Part shown: piece after piece, positions 17,255 through 25,594 of the stretch
Position numbering within the stretch: position 1 is the stretch's first letter
Layout of the letters: the number at the start of each line of letters is the position of its first letter
NCBI GenBank assembly: GCA_028715175.1
Contig: JAQUSJ010000001.1
Span: 276,550 to 340,549, forward strand
Reading direction: 5' to 3'
Origin: Candidatus Daviesbacteria bacterium
Lineage (GTDB): Bacteria; Patescibacteriota; Microgenomatia; Daviesbacterales; UBA10151
Length of the DNA stretch: 64,000 nucleotides
Notes under the pieces: model-generated
What the model saw: only the letters and a program-made list of their open reading frames with translations
Databases searched by the model: none
Told to the model about the DNA's origin: nothing
Program-made: the position numbers and the translations under genes

Positions 17255-18328
17255 TTACAATGGAAGCATTTTTAATTCAGCTTCTATAAACTCCCCCAGA
17301 TCGCCATTTAAAACAGCGTCTGTATTAGAGGTTTCAACATTTGTTCTTAAGTCTTTAACCATATGGTAAGGGTGCAGGACATAAGAGCGGATTTGGGTTC
17401 CCCAGGAGCCTTGGGTTTTGTCTCCCTTAAGCTCCTGTTGTTGTTCCTTACCCTCAGCTTCCTGCTCTGCCCACAATTTTGCCATCAGGAGTTTCATAGC
17501 ATTTTCACGGTTTTGCAGTTGGGAACGTTCTGTCTGGGCGGTGACTGTAATGCCTGTCGGGATATGTTTTACCCTGACAGCGGTTGAGACTTTATTGACA
17601 TTTTGTCCGCCTGCACCGCCACTGCGGAAGGCTTCAAATTCGATATCAGAGTCATTAATTTCAACTTCTTCCGGTTTAATTACCGGCAATACTTCTACCA
17701 GAGCAAAAGAAGTCTGACGCAACTTATCTGCATTAAAAGGGGATTGTCTGACTAACCTATGCGTTCCAGCCTCTCCTTTTAAATAACCAAAAGAGTATGA
17801 TTCGTGGATAATCATGGAAACAGTTTTGATACCTGCTTCCTCACCTGGATTTTCATCCGTCACTTCATATTTCCAGCTCATTCTGTCAAAATAGCGCTGA
17901 TACATTCGGGCCAGCATAGAAGCCCAATCCATTGCTTCAACCCCGCCGGCACCGGAGTGAACAGACAAAATTGCTTCTGATTCATCATGCGGGCCTGATA
18001 AAAACAATTCCAGCTCAAGCTTGTCCAGTTCATCTGTAATTTCTTTGATTTCTTTTATTAAATCTTCCTGCATGGAAGGCTCTTCGGATATTTCCAAAGC
18101 ATTGTCGATTCTGGATTCAAGGTCTTCTAGCGTAGCAAGTGTTTTCTGTTTGTCTGACAGCTGACGACTGATAGCTGAAGACTGTTGCGGATTATTCCAG
18201 AATCCCTCTTTTATGGTTTGGGCTTCCAGTTCCCGAATTTCCACGCTCAATTTATCCCGGTCAATAGATCGGGAAACTTTCTCAAATCTGCTTTTGAGTT
18301 CTTCCAACCTAGTTTTAATTTCATCCAT
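17255..18328 (-). CDS. prfB: Peptide chain release factor 2, single uninterrupted frame
   Basis: SPF tripeptide (RLVRQSPFN), GGQ ([11 protein letters not shown]), [13 protein letters not shown]. Confidence 0.97.
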   Translation of the reverse strand: MDEIKTRLEELKSRFEKVSRSIDRDKLSVEIRELEAQTIKEGFWNNPQQSSAISRQLSDKQKTLATLEDLESRIDNALEISEEPSMQEDLIKEIKEITDELDKLELELFLSGPHDESEAILSVHSGAGGVEAMDWASMLARMYQRYFDRMSWKYEVTDENPGEEAGIKTVSMIIHESYSFGYLKGEAGTHRLVRQSPFNADKLRQTSFALVEVLPVIKPEEVEINDSDIEFEAFRSGGAGGQNVNKVSTAVRVKHIPTGITVTAQTERSQLQNRENAMKLLMAKLWAEQEAEGKEQQQELKGDKTQGSWGTQIRSYVLHPYHMVKDLRTNVETSNTDAVLNGDLGEFIEAELKMLPL

Positions 18329-18334
18329 GGGGAA

Positions 18335-18358
18335 ATTATAGCAGTTTCATGCTAGAAT
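18335..18358. promoter_or_regulatory. Back-to-back extended -10 promoters for prfB and tsaB
   Basis: Minus strand TGCTATAAT (18343-18335) 6 nt before prfB ATG; plus strand TGCTAGAAT (18350-18358) 6 nt before ATG 18365. Confidence 0.75.
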
Positions 18359-18364
18359 TTGTTT

Positions 18365-18667
18365 ATGACTCTTCACATTGATACCAAAGACCAAAAGAAA
18401 ATTAGGGTTTCGTTGAAAAAAGAGGGGAAAGTTATCAAGAGTTTGAGTGAGAAAAATGAATACGGTTCCCAAGTTCTTTTGCCCCTTATTATTAAATTAC
18501 TACGAGCTACAAACTACGAACTAAAAACTCTTCAAGGAATTGAGGTGGAAACTGGGCCAGGGTCTTTTACAGGATTGCGGGTAGGAGTTTCTGTGGCTAA
18601 TGCCCTAGGTTTTGCTTTAGGGATTCCTGTTAATGGAAAGAGGTTAGAAACAGAGTTAGTTTATTGA
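18365..18667 (+). CDS. tsaB: Minimal TsaB (N-terminal domain only, 100 aa)
   Basis: LHIDT start and GPGSFTGLRVGVSVANAL signature. Confidence 0.85.
   Translation: MTLHIDTKDQKKIRVSLKKEGKVIKSLSEKNEYGSQVLLPLIIKLLRATNYELKTLQGIEVETGPGSFTGLRVGVSVANALGFALGIPVNGKRLETELVY
18500..18527 (+). repeat. Heptamer tandem repeat inside tsaB
   Basis: CTACGAG CTACAAA CTACGAA CTAAAAA, encoding LRATNYELK. Confidence 0.65.
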
Positions 18668-18669
18668 TT

Positions 18670-18694
18670 GGATTCCCGCTTTCGCGGGAATGAC
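18670..18694. repeat. REP/dRS3-like palindrome
   Basis: GGATTCCCGCTTTCGCGGGAATGAC: perfect 8-bp stem ATTCCCGC/GCGGGAAT, 4-nt loop, TGAC tail. Confidence 0.8.
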
Positions 18695-18716
18695 AATCCC
18701 GTGCTATACTTTTAAT

Positions 18717-19589
18717 ATGGCTTGGCAAAATTGGTTCATTCCTCACAAAGACACTCACAAAAAAGCTCATCTTCTAAGTTGGGAAGGTTTAAGTATATAC
18801 ATACTGTTTTTTATTCTTTTACAGGTAGGTTTTTCAATTATAAATTACACAAAACCGGGAATTTTGGGGATTACTTCAGGTGTTGACCAGAAAAAACTTA
18901 TTGAATTGACTAATGTTGAAAGGCAAAAAGCAGGATTTTCGCCGGTTTTAGAAAATGATGCGCTTAATAAGGCAGCAGCACTTAAGGCCCAAAATATGTT
19001 TCAGGAAAATTATTGGGCTCATTTTTCCCCTTCAGGAAAAACTCCCTGGGATTTTATGTTGGGAACCGGATATAAATTCACTTTTGCCGGAGAAAATTTG
19101 GCGAAAAATTTTTATCAATCTGATGATGTAGTGAAAGCCTGGATGGCTTCACCAACACATAGAGATAATCTATTGAATCCGAAATATAAAGATATTGGTA
19201 TTGCTGTTGTAGACGGAGTACTTAATGGGCAAAAAACTACATTAGTAGTTCAAGAGTTTGGTACCACCCAAGACTTGGTGACAAATCCTTCGGTTTCCGT
19301 CCAAGGTAAACAATTTGCCGTATCTAAACAGGATTTTAATAAACCGCAGCTTCTAGTTTCTATTCCTGAGACTAAACAGAACATCAAAGTATTGGTAGAT
19401 CCTTATTCGGTATCCAGAGTGGCAGGCTTCACAATGGTAATTTCGATCTCGATACTATTAATGCTTGATGTTTGGATTCTTAAGAAAAGAGGAGTTTTCA
19501 GGGTTTCTTCTCATCACATTGCCCACATGGCGCTACTTTCTTTGGCAGCCGGTAGTTTGATTATGACAAGTCCAGGAGCCGTCTTATGA
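18717..19589 (+). CDS. Membrane-anchored CAP/SCP domain protein
   Basis: LTNVERQ, LNKAAALKAQNM, YWAHFSP, AGENLA, WMASPTHRDNLL; N- and C-terminal TMs. Start moved to 18717, 6 nt after TGCTATACT; ATG 18690 lies in the repeat. Confidence 0.88.
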   Translation: MAWQNWFIPHKDTHKKAHLLSWEGLSIYILFFILLQVGFSIINYTKPGILGITSGVDQKKLIELTNVERQKAGFSPVLENDALNKAAALKAQNMFQENYWAHFSPSGKTPWDFMLGTGYKFTFAGENLAKNFYQSDDVVKAWMASPTHRDNLLNPKYKDIGIAVVDGVLNGQKTTLVVQEFGTTQDLVTNPSVSVQGKQFAVSKQDFNKPQLLVSIPETKQNIKVLVDPYSVSRVAGFTMVISISILLMLDVWILKKRGVFRVSSHHIAHMALLSLAAGSLIMTSPGAVL

Positions 19590-19740
19590 TACTAAAAATT
19601 TTGGGGATAGGCATACTAATATACCTTATCTGGGCAATATTACACCATAAGCGTGACAAGAGTTTGACTTTGCCCATTTTCTTAGAGTATCTTTTAACTG
19701 CGATCTTGAGTTTGATATTATTTGCAGGAGTGACTTATTG

Positions 19741-20823
19741 ATGAAAGCAATTATACCAACAGGTGGCCGTGGTACCAGAATGCGGCCATTAACTTTTTCT
19801 ACTAATAAGCATTTTATTCCGATTGCAAACAAACCGTTAATTTTTTACCCGATAGAAAAAATTGCAGATACAGGTATTAAAGACATTGCGATTACTTATA
19901 ATTTGGGCGGGTTAGATGAAGTGCAGACGATATTGGGAGATGGCAGCAAATGGGGTTTAAAATTCACATATATTTTGCAGGAGAAACCTTTAGGCCTTGC
20001 CAATATCGTAGAAGTTTGTGAGGATTTTCTTGCAGGCAGTCCTTTTTTATTTCATCTGGGAGACAATATTTTTGTAGACGGTATAAGACAAGCATTTGAT
20101 TATTTTGTAAAGAAAAAACCCAATGGGCTTGTTACGATGCTCCACCATCCTGAAAACAGAAGGATGGGAGTGCCTTTCTTTGATAAACAAAATAAATTAT
20201 TAAAATATGTAGAAAAGCCGGAAAATCCTCCACACGATTTCGCAATTCCTGGTTTGTATTTTGCAGATTCAAATTTCTTTAAATGTTTCAAGGGGCAAGA
20301 CAGGATTAAACCATCAGCTAGAGGGGAATTTGAAATTCCGTCTGCATTTCAATGGATGATTGATCATGGGTTTAATGTGGAGGTTATTGAATACAGCGGC
20401 AAATGGTTGGATCCTGGTAAATTTGATGATTGGCTGGATGCAAATGAATATCTTCTGAATCGCGATCTACAGGTAAACACAGAAAGTAAGATTGATCCGA
20501 CTTCCAGAATCGAAGGAAAGGTTTCAATAGGCGAGCATGCCGAGATACGAAGGTCTAAACTTAACGGTCCTGTCATAATAGGAGATAATGTTATAATAGA
20601 AAACTCGGAAATTGGCCCCTTTGCCTCGATAGGAAACGATTGCGAAATTTTAAATAGCAAAATAAAAAGGAGTGTTTTGATGGATGGAGTGAGAGTGAGC
20701 GGAGTCGCAAATCACCCGATTGAAGATAGTTTAATAGGGACAGATAGCGAAATTGCCGGAGCAGATGGTAGAAGTGCAAAAACCAGCCTTTTTGTTGGGG
20801 AAAAGTGTAAAATACAAATATGA
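19741..20823 (+). CDS. rmlA: Glucose-1-phosphate thymidylyltransferase, long form with hexapeptide-repeat C-terminus
   Basis: GGRGTRMRPLT, QEKPLGLA, LGDN, VEKP, PSARGEFEI; AGGAG Shine-Dalgarno; first gene of rml cluster. Confidence 0.9.
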   Translation: MKAIIPTGGRGTRMRPLTFSTNKHFIPIANKPLIFYPIEKIADTGIKDIAITYNLGGLDEVQTILGDGSKWGLKFTYILQEKPLGLANIVEVCEDFLAGSPFLFHLGDNIFVDGIRQAFDYFVKKKPNGLVTMLHHPENRRMGVPFFDKQNKLLKYVEKPENPPHDFAIPGLYFADSNFFKCFKGQDRIKPSARGEFEIPSAFQWMIDHGFNVEVIEYSGKWLDPGKFDDWLDANEYLLNRDLQVNTESKIDPTSRIEGKVSIGEHAEIRRSKLNGPVIIGDNVIIENSEIGPFASIGNDCEILNSKIKRSVLMDGVRVSGVANHPIEDSLIGTDSEIAGADGRSAKTSLFVGEKCKIQI

Positions 20824-21830
20824 TTCTTCTGGTTACTGGAGGAGCCGGTTTTATCGGTTCAAACTTCATTCATTATTGGTTAAAGAATCATGCAGATGAT
20901 CGGATTGTTAATCTGGATACTTTAACTTATGCAGGCCATTTAGAAAGCCTCAAAGATATATCAGATAATCCTAATTATCAATTTATAAAAGGAGATATTA
21001 CAAACCCCGAAGATGTAAAAAGGGCAATGGATGGAGTGGATATTATTGTTCACTTTGCCGCGGAATCTCATGTTGATAGATCCATAGTTGATCCGCTTAC
21101 TTTTGTTCGAACTAATGTATTGGGAACAGCGCTGCTTTTAAATACGGCATTAGATTTGGGAGTTAAAAGATTTCATCATGTCTCAACAGATGAGGTTTAT
21201 GGAGAGCTTGGACCAGATGACCCTCCTTTTACAGAAGAGACCCTTTATGCTCCGCGTACCCCTTATGCTGCATCAAAAGCAGGTTCTGATCATTTGGTCA
21301 GAGCTTATTTTGAAACCTATGGTTTGCCTATTACAATTTCAAATTGTGCAAATAACTACGGCTTCTTTCATGATCCGGAAAAGTTAATTCCCAGATTTAT
21401 AACTAATTTACTAGAAGGAAAAAAGGTGCCTTTGATGGGAAAAGGGGAAAATATCAGGGAATGGCTGCATGTAGAGGATCATGCTTCGGCAATAGATTTT
21501 GTTTTACAAAAAGGAGAAATTGGGGAAACATATTTAATTGAAGGTGAGGAAAAAACTAATATGGAAATAACAAAAATGCTGCTTGAGATTTTAGGTTTGG
21601 ATGAATCAATGATTGAATTTGTGGGTCATCGGTTAGGACATGATTTCCGTTACGCTATAAATGGTGAAAAACTCCGGAGCTTAGGCTGGGAAAGAAAGCA
21701 TTCTCTTGCAGAAGATCTGTCTAAAGTAGTCTTATGGTATAAGACTAATGAATGGTGGTGGAAACCTCTAAAAGAGGGGAGGCCAAACATTGATCGCAAT
21801 GCACAAAAATCTTATAAGCAAAGCTTGTAA
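20820..21830 (+). CDS. rmlB: dTDP-glucose 4,6-dehydratase
   Basis: TGGAGFIGSNF, HFAAESHVDRSI, VSTDEVYG, YAASKA, GHDFRYA. Confidence 0.95.
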   Translation: MILLVTGGAGFIGSNFIHYWLKNHADDRIVNLDTLTYAGHLESLKDISDNPNYQFIKGDITNPEDVKRAMDGVDIIVHFAAESHVDRSIVDPLTFVRTNVLGTALLLNTALDLGVKRFHHVSTDEVYGELGPDDPPFTEETLYAPRTPYAASKAGSDHLVRAYFETYGLPITISNCANNYGFFHDPEKLIPRFITNLLEGKKVPLMGKGENIREWLHVEDHASAIDFVLQKGEIGETYLIEGEEKTNMEITKMLLEILGLDESMIEFVGHRLGHDFRYAINGEKLRSLGWERKHSLAEDLSKVVLWYKTNEWWWKPLKEGRPNIDRNAQKSYKQSL

Positions 21831-21858
21831 ATTTTGTTTGCAAGCTGCGCTTACAAAC
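21812..21858. promoter_or_regulatory. Two tandem imperfect palindromes TTRYAAGC-N3-GCTTRYAA
   Basis: TTATAAGC-AAA-GCTTGTAA (21812-21830) and GTTTGCAAGC-TGC-GCTTACAAAC (21836-21858). Confidence 0.5.
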
Positions 21859-21864
21859 TTGTTT

Positions 21865-22416
21865 ATGGACCATAAACTTATTAAAGCAACATCAATCCCA
21901 GGACTGTTAGTATTGGAAAGACCAATACTTACGGACGAACGGGGATTTTTTAGAGAAATTTTCCATATTGATGAAATAGAAGAAACTTTGAATATTGAGT
22001 TTAAAGGCTTACAAATGAATCATGCTCATTCTAAACCTTCGGTAATGCGGGGAATTCATGCAGAAAATTGGAATAAGATAATTTATCCGGTTAATGGACA
22101 AGTTTTCGTGGCGATTGTTGATATTAGAGCAGATTCCTCAACTTTTGGTAAGATGGAAACATTTACAATCAACGATCAAAACAGGATTGCCTTATTTGTT
22201 TCCAAAGGTTTGGCTAATTCTTATTGTATTACCGGCAGTACACCAGTGGACTACATCTACCTAGTTGATGCTTATTACGATGGTTCAGATACCAGGGCAA
22301 TTGCCTGGGATGATCCTGATTTAAATATAAATTGGCCGATTAAAAATCCTATTATCTCCGAGAGGGATAAAAATAATCCGACACTGCGGGATCTATTTCC
22401 CGAAAAATTCAAATGA
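21865..22416 (+). CDS. rmlC: dTDP-4-dehydrorhamnose 3,5-epimerase
   Basis: DERGFFRE, MRGIH, VDIR, WDDPDLNINWP, ISERD; start moved to ATG 21865. Confidence 0.92.
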   Translation: MDHKLIKATSIPGLLVLERPILTDERGFFREIFHIDEIEETLNIEFKGLQMNHAHSKPSVMRGIHAENWNKIIYPVNGQVFVAIVDIRADSSTFGKMETFTINDQNRIALFVSKGLANSYCITGSTPVDYIYLVDAYYDGSDTRAIAWDDPDLNINWPIKNPIISERDKNNPTLRDLFPEKFK

Positions 22417-23321
22417 TGAATTCAAAAGTATTAATCTTTGGGGGAAACGGTTTGGTAGGATCAAAATTTATCCAGATACATTCTCGGGCTTTTGAAATAA
22501 AAGCCCCTCTTGTTTCAGAGATAGATATATTAAATAAAGATCAACTTTTAAAATTTGCTCAAGATTTTGCGCCGGATACAATCATTAATTTTGCAGCATA
22601 TACTCAAGTTGAAAGCGCCGAAGCCCAAAAAGGAGATAAAGGCGGAATTTGTTATCAAATAAATGCGGTCGGAGCAAAAAATGTGGCGGATGTATGCAAG
22701 GAAATGGGAAAGAAATTGATACATATTTCAACGGAATATGTATTTGACGGAACAAAAGCGGAGAGTCCTTATACAGAAGAAGATAAGCCAAATCCAATCA
22801 ATTGGTATGGGCAGACCAAGTATGCAGGGGAGCAATTTGTTTTCGAAAGCGGTTGCGCTGCAACCATAGCTAGAATTTGTATGCCGTTTAGTCCTTTTTA
22901 TGAACTCAAAACAGATGTTGCCAGATTTTTCCTCAAGGAGTTGCAGAATGGCAGGAGAGTAAAAGCGATTGAAAATCAGCGAGTCACGCCGACTTATGTG
23001 AACTATATTGTTAATGCTTTGAAGGTGTTAGTTGAATCGCAGACAGAAGGACTTTATCATATTAGTAGTACGGATAGTGTAACTCCACAAGAGTTTGCCA
23101 AAACCATTGCCGAAATTTTTCAATTAAACTATTTTCTGATTTCTCCGATCAGTCTTGATGAATATAACAAAAGTAAGACTGTTAAACTCCTGCAGTATTC
23201 CTGGTTAAATCCCGCAAAATTCGAGGAGCAGTTCGGAGAAGGAGTGTTGCATACTGTTGAAGAAGGATTAACGCTTTTCAAAAAAGAGATTGACGAGAAA
23301 GGGGAAAATCGGCTATATTAA
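22413..23321 (+). CDS. rmlD: dTDP-4-dehydrorhamnose reductase
   Basis: GGNGLVG, NFAAYTQVESAE, ISTEYVFDG, YGQTK, TPTY. Confidence 0.9.
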   Translation: MMNSKVLIFGGNGLVGSKFIQIHSRAFEIKAPLVSEIDILNKDQLLKFAQDFAPDTIINFAAYTQVESAEAQKGDKGGICYQINAVGAKNVADVCKEMGKKLIHISTEYVFDGTKAESPYTEEDKPNPINWYGQTKYAGEQFVFESGCAATIARICMPFSPFYELKTDVARFFLKELQNGRRVKAIENQRVTPTYVNYIVNALKVLVESQTEGLYHISSTDSVTPQEFAKTIAEIFQLNYFLISPISLDEYNKSKTVKLLQYSWLNPAKFEEQFGEGVLHTVEEGLTLFKKEIDEKGENRLY

Positions 23322-23347
23322 GCATAGTTAATATTTGGTTAATATTT
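23290..23347 (+). promoter_or_regulatory. Candidate gmd promoter followed by an 11-bp-period direct repeat
   Basis: TTGACG-N18-TATATT (23290-23319); GTTAATATTT at 23327 and 23338. Confidence 0.5.
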
Positions 23348-23370
23348 CTAAATAAGACAGAAACAAAAAT

Positions 23371-24387
23371 ATGGCAGATAAAAAAAGAGCTTTTATAACA
23401 GGAATTTCGGGACAAGACGGTTCATACTTAAGCGAGTTCTTATTAGATAAGGGTTATGAGGTAGCAGGTTTAGTCCGCAGGAATGCGGTTTTGGACTTGG
23501 GTAATATTAATGAATTAAAAGATGAAGTAAAAATCTATTATGGAGATTTGCATTCACCCGAATCTATTGCGCTAGCTCTGTATGATTTTAAACCAAATGA
23601 AATATATAATTTGGCTTCTCTTTCTTCTCCGCTTGGATCATTTAGCGATAAACTGGGAGCGATTATGGTTACAGGAGTAGGTGCTCTTAATGTTTTTGAA
23701 AGAGCTAAACAGGTTGTTCCTGATGCTAAAATTTATCAAGCATCAACGTCTGAGATGTTTGGTGCACCAAAGCAGGTTCCTCAGGATGAAAATACCCCTT
23801 TTAATCCTGCTAATCCCTATGCAGCAGCCAAAGAATTTGCACATAGGATGGCTGTGATTGCAAGGAATGATAAAAAAGAACCCCAATTTATTTCCTGCGG
23901 AATCCTTTTCAATCATGAAAGCCCCAGACGCGGTTTAAACTTTGTGACAAGAAAAATCACTGTTGCCGTAGCCTGTATCAAGAACGGCAAGAGGGAAGGA
24001 ATACCTTTAAATGAGATAGGCGAACCGATTATAAAAAATGGAAAAGTAAAATTGGGAGATTTGGATGCCAAGAGAGATTGGGGTTATGCTCCTGATTATG
24101 TGGAGTTAATGTGGATGATGTTGCAACAAGATCAGGCAGATGACTTTGTAGCTGCAACAGGAGAAACGCATACGGTTGGAGAGTTTGCCGAAGAAGCTTT
24201 TGCCGTTGTCGGTTTAAATTGGAAAGACTATGTTGAAATTGATCCGCATTTTATACCTCCGCTGCAAACCGGGCCGTTGTGCGGGAATGCTGCAAAAGCC
24301 AAAGAAGTTTTAGGGTGGGAACCAAAGACAAAATTTAAGGATCTGGTCAAAATTATGGTTCATGCAGACCTTGCTAAATTCTCCTAG
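23371..24387 (+). CDS. gmd: GDP-mannose 4,6-dehydratase (divergent)
   Basis: ITGISGQDGSYL, QASTSEMFG, YAAAK, ILFNHESPRRG, FVTRKI, RDWGYAPDYV. Confidence 0.88.
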   Translation: MADKKRAFITGISGQDGSYLSEFLLDKGYEVAGLVRRNAVLDLGNINELKDEVKIYYGDLHSPESIALALYDFKPNEIYNLASLSSPLGSFSDKLGAIMVTGVGALNVFERAKQVVPDAKIYQASTSEMFGAPKQVPQDENTPFNPANPYAAAKEFAHRMAVIARNDKKEPQFISCGILFNHESPRRGLNFVTRKITVAVACIKNGKREGIPLNEIGEPIIKNGKVKLGDLDAKRDWGYAPDYVELMWMMLQQDQADDFVAATGETHTVGEFAEEAFAVVGLNWKDYVEIDPHFIPPLQTGPLCGNAAKAKEVLGWEPKTKFKDLVKIMVHADLAKFS

Positions 24388-24406
24388 TTTCCGCTACAAT
24401 CGATCC

Positions 24407-25594
24407 ATGTTAAAAATAGTTTCCGTTGTTCTCCCTACTTATAACGAAAAAGCAAATATCGAAAAAACGGTTGAGAAGGTTTTTGAACAAGAAAAAAATC
24501 TTCCTGGCTTTGAGATAAATGTTGTAATTGCAGACGATATCAGGTCTTCTGATGGAACAGAACAGATTGCAAAAGAATTAACGAAGAAGAACAAAAGAGT
24601 GCATTTTATAAAGGTAGAACCGGGTTTGGGTGTCGGATTAATAAAAGGTCATCAATATGCTTTGGATAATTTGCACCCCAGTATTCTGGCTCAACTTGAT
24701 GCAGACGGACAGGTTGAACCTGACGTACTGGTAAGGCTTGTCGGTGCGATAGAAGATGGTTATTCGCTGGCAATCGGCTCCAGATTTGTCAGCGGAGGGA
24801 AAAATAAGCTCTCTTTCATAAGAAGACTTTTTACTTATGGGGCATCAGCCTTTTTCCGAATAATGGTAGGCCCATGTGATATTAAAGAAGTTACGAATTC
24901 TGCAAGAGCATTGACCCCTGCTTTGTTTAAGAAGATTAATTTAGAAAAATTGCCATGGAGAGAGCAAACCTTTATTGTTCAACCGGCTTTCTTGCATGAG
25001 GCAATTTTGGCTGGCGCCACATATAAAGAAGTACCCTTAGTTTTTAAAAATCGTTTGGAAGGATATTCTAAGAATAAAGTTTTTAACTATACATATGATG
25101 TTATTACTTATTGTATTGATGCAAGTTTAAATAAGCTGGGAATTCATGTTAGATTTTTCTATATAACTCGCCGGATCAAGACACTGGTAAAGTTTAGTTT
25201 AGTCGGGTTTGTCGGAACAATGGTAGATTTCTTATTCTATAAAATATTTATTAATTTTTTCTTATTAACCCCGGCAATGTCTAAAGGTTTTTCTGCCGAA
25301 ATTGCTATTGTGAATAATTTTATACTTAATAATTATTGGACATTCCGCTATCGGAAAACAAAAACAAACATTTGGCAAAAATTTGGTATTTTTAACTTGG
25401 TGAGTTTTGGTGGACTCTTGATTGGAGTGTTGATTGTTAAATTTTTACATATGACTTATGGTGACGGATTTGTTTATCCTTTCGGTCGTCACGTTGCTTA
25501 CAATAATTTTTATTTTTTTGCTACCATTCCACCAGTCATGCTTTGGAATTTTTTAATTAACCATCTCGTGACTTGGCGTAACCAGGAGGACTAG
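24407..25594 (+). CDS. Polyprenyl-phosphate sugar synthase (GT2, Dpm1/Ppm1-like) fused to a GtrA-like flippase domain
   Basis: LPTYNE, DD..SSDGT, QLDADGQ, IGSRF; C-terminal KFSLVG...NNFILNNYWTF...WNFLIN. Start moved to 24407 (TTGCTA-18-TACAAT-6-ATG). Confidence 0.85.
   Translation: MLKIVSVVLPTYNEKANIEKTVEKVFEQEKNLPGFEINVVIADDIRSSDGTEQIAKELTKKNKRVHFIKVEPGLGVGLIKGHQYALDNLHPSILAQLDADGQVEPDVLVRLVGAIEDGYSLAIGSRFVSGGKNKLSFIRRLFTYGASAFFRIMVGPCDIKEVTNSARALTPALFKKINLEKLPWREQTFIVQPAFLHEAILAGATYKEVPLVFKNRLEGYSKNKVFNYTYDVITYCIDASLNKLGIHVRFFYITRRIKTLVKFSLVGFVGTMVDFLFYKIFINFFLLTPAMSKGFSAEIAIVNNFILNNYWTFRYRKTKTNIWQKFGIFNLVSFGGLLIGVLIVKFLHMTYGDGFVYPFGRHVAYNNFYFFATIPPVMLWNFLINHLVTWRNQED

Noticed and set aside
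19590-19740. Structured leader, riboswitch or JUMPstart/ops element before rmlA (TGGGCAA...TTGCCCA; CTGCGA...TTGCAG near the SD)
   Set aside because: Stems are short, no GGCGGTAG ops motif and no recognisable aptamer; only a plausible TTGACT-18-TATCTT promoter
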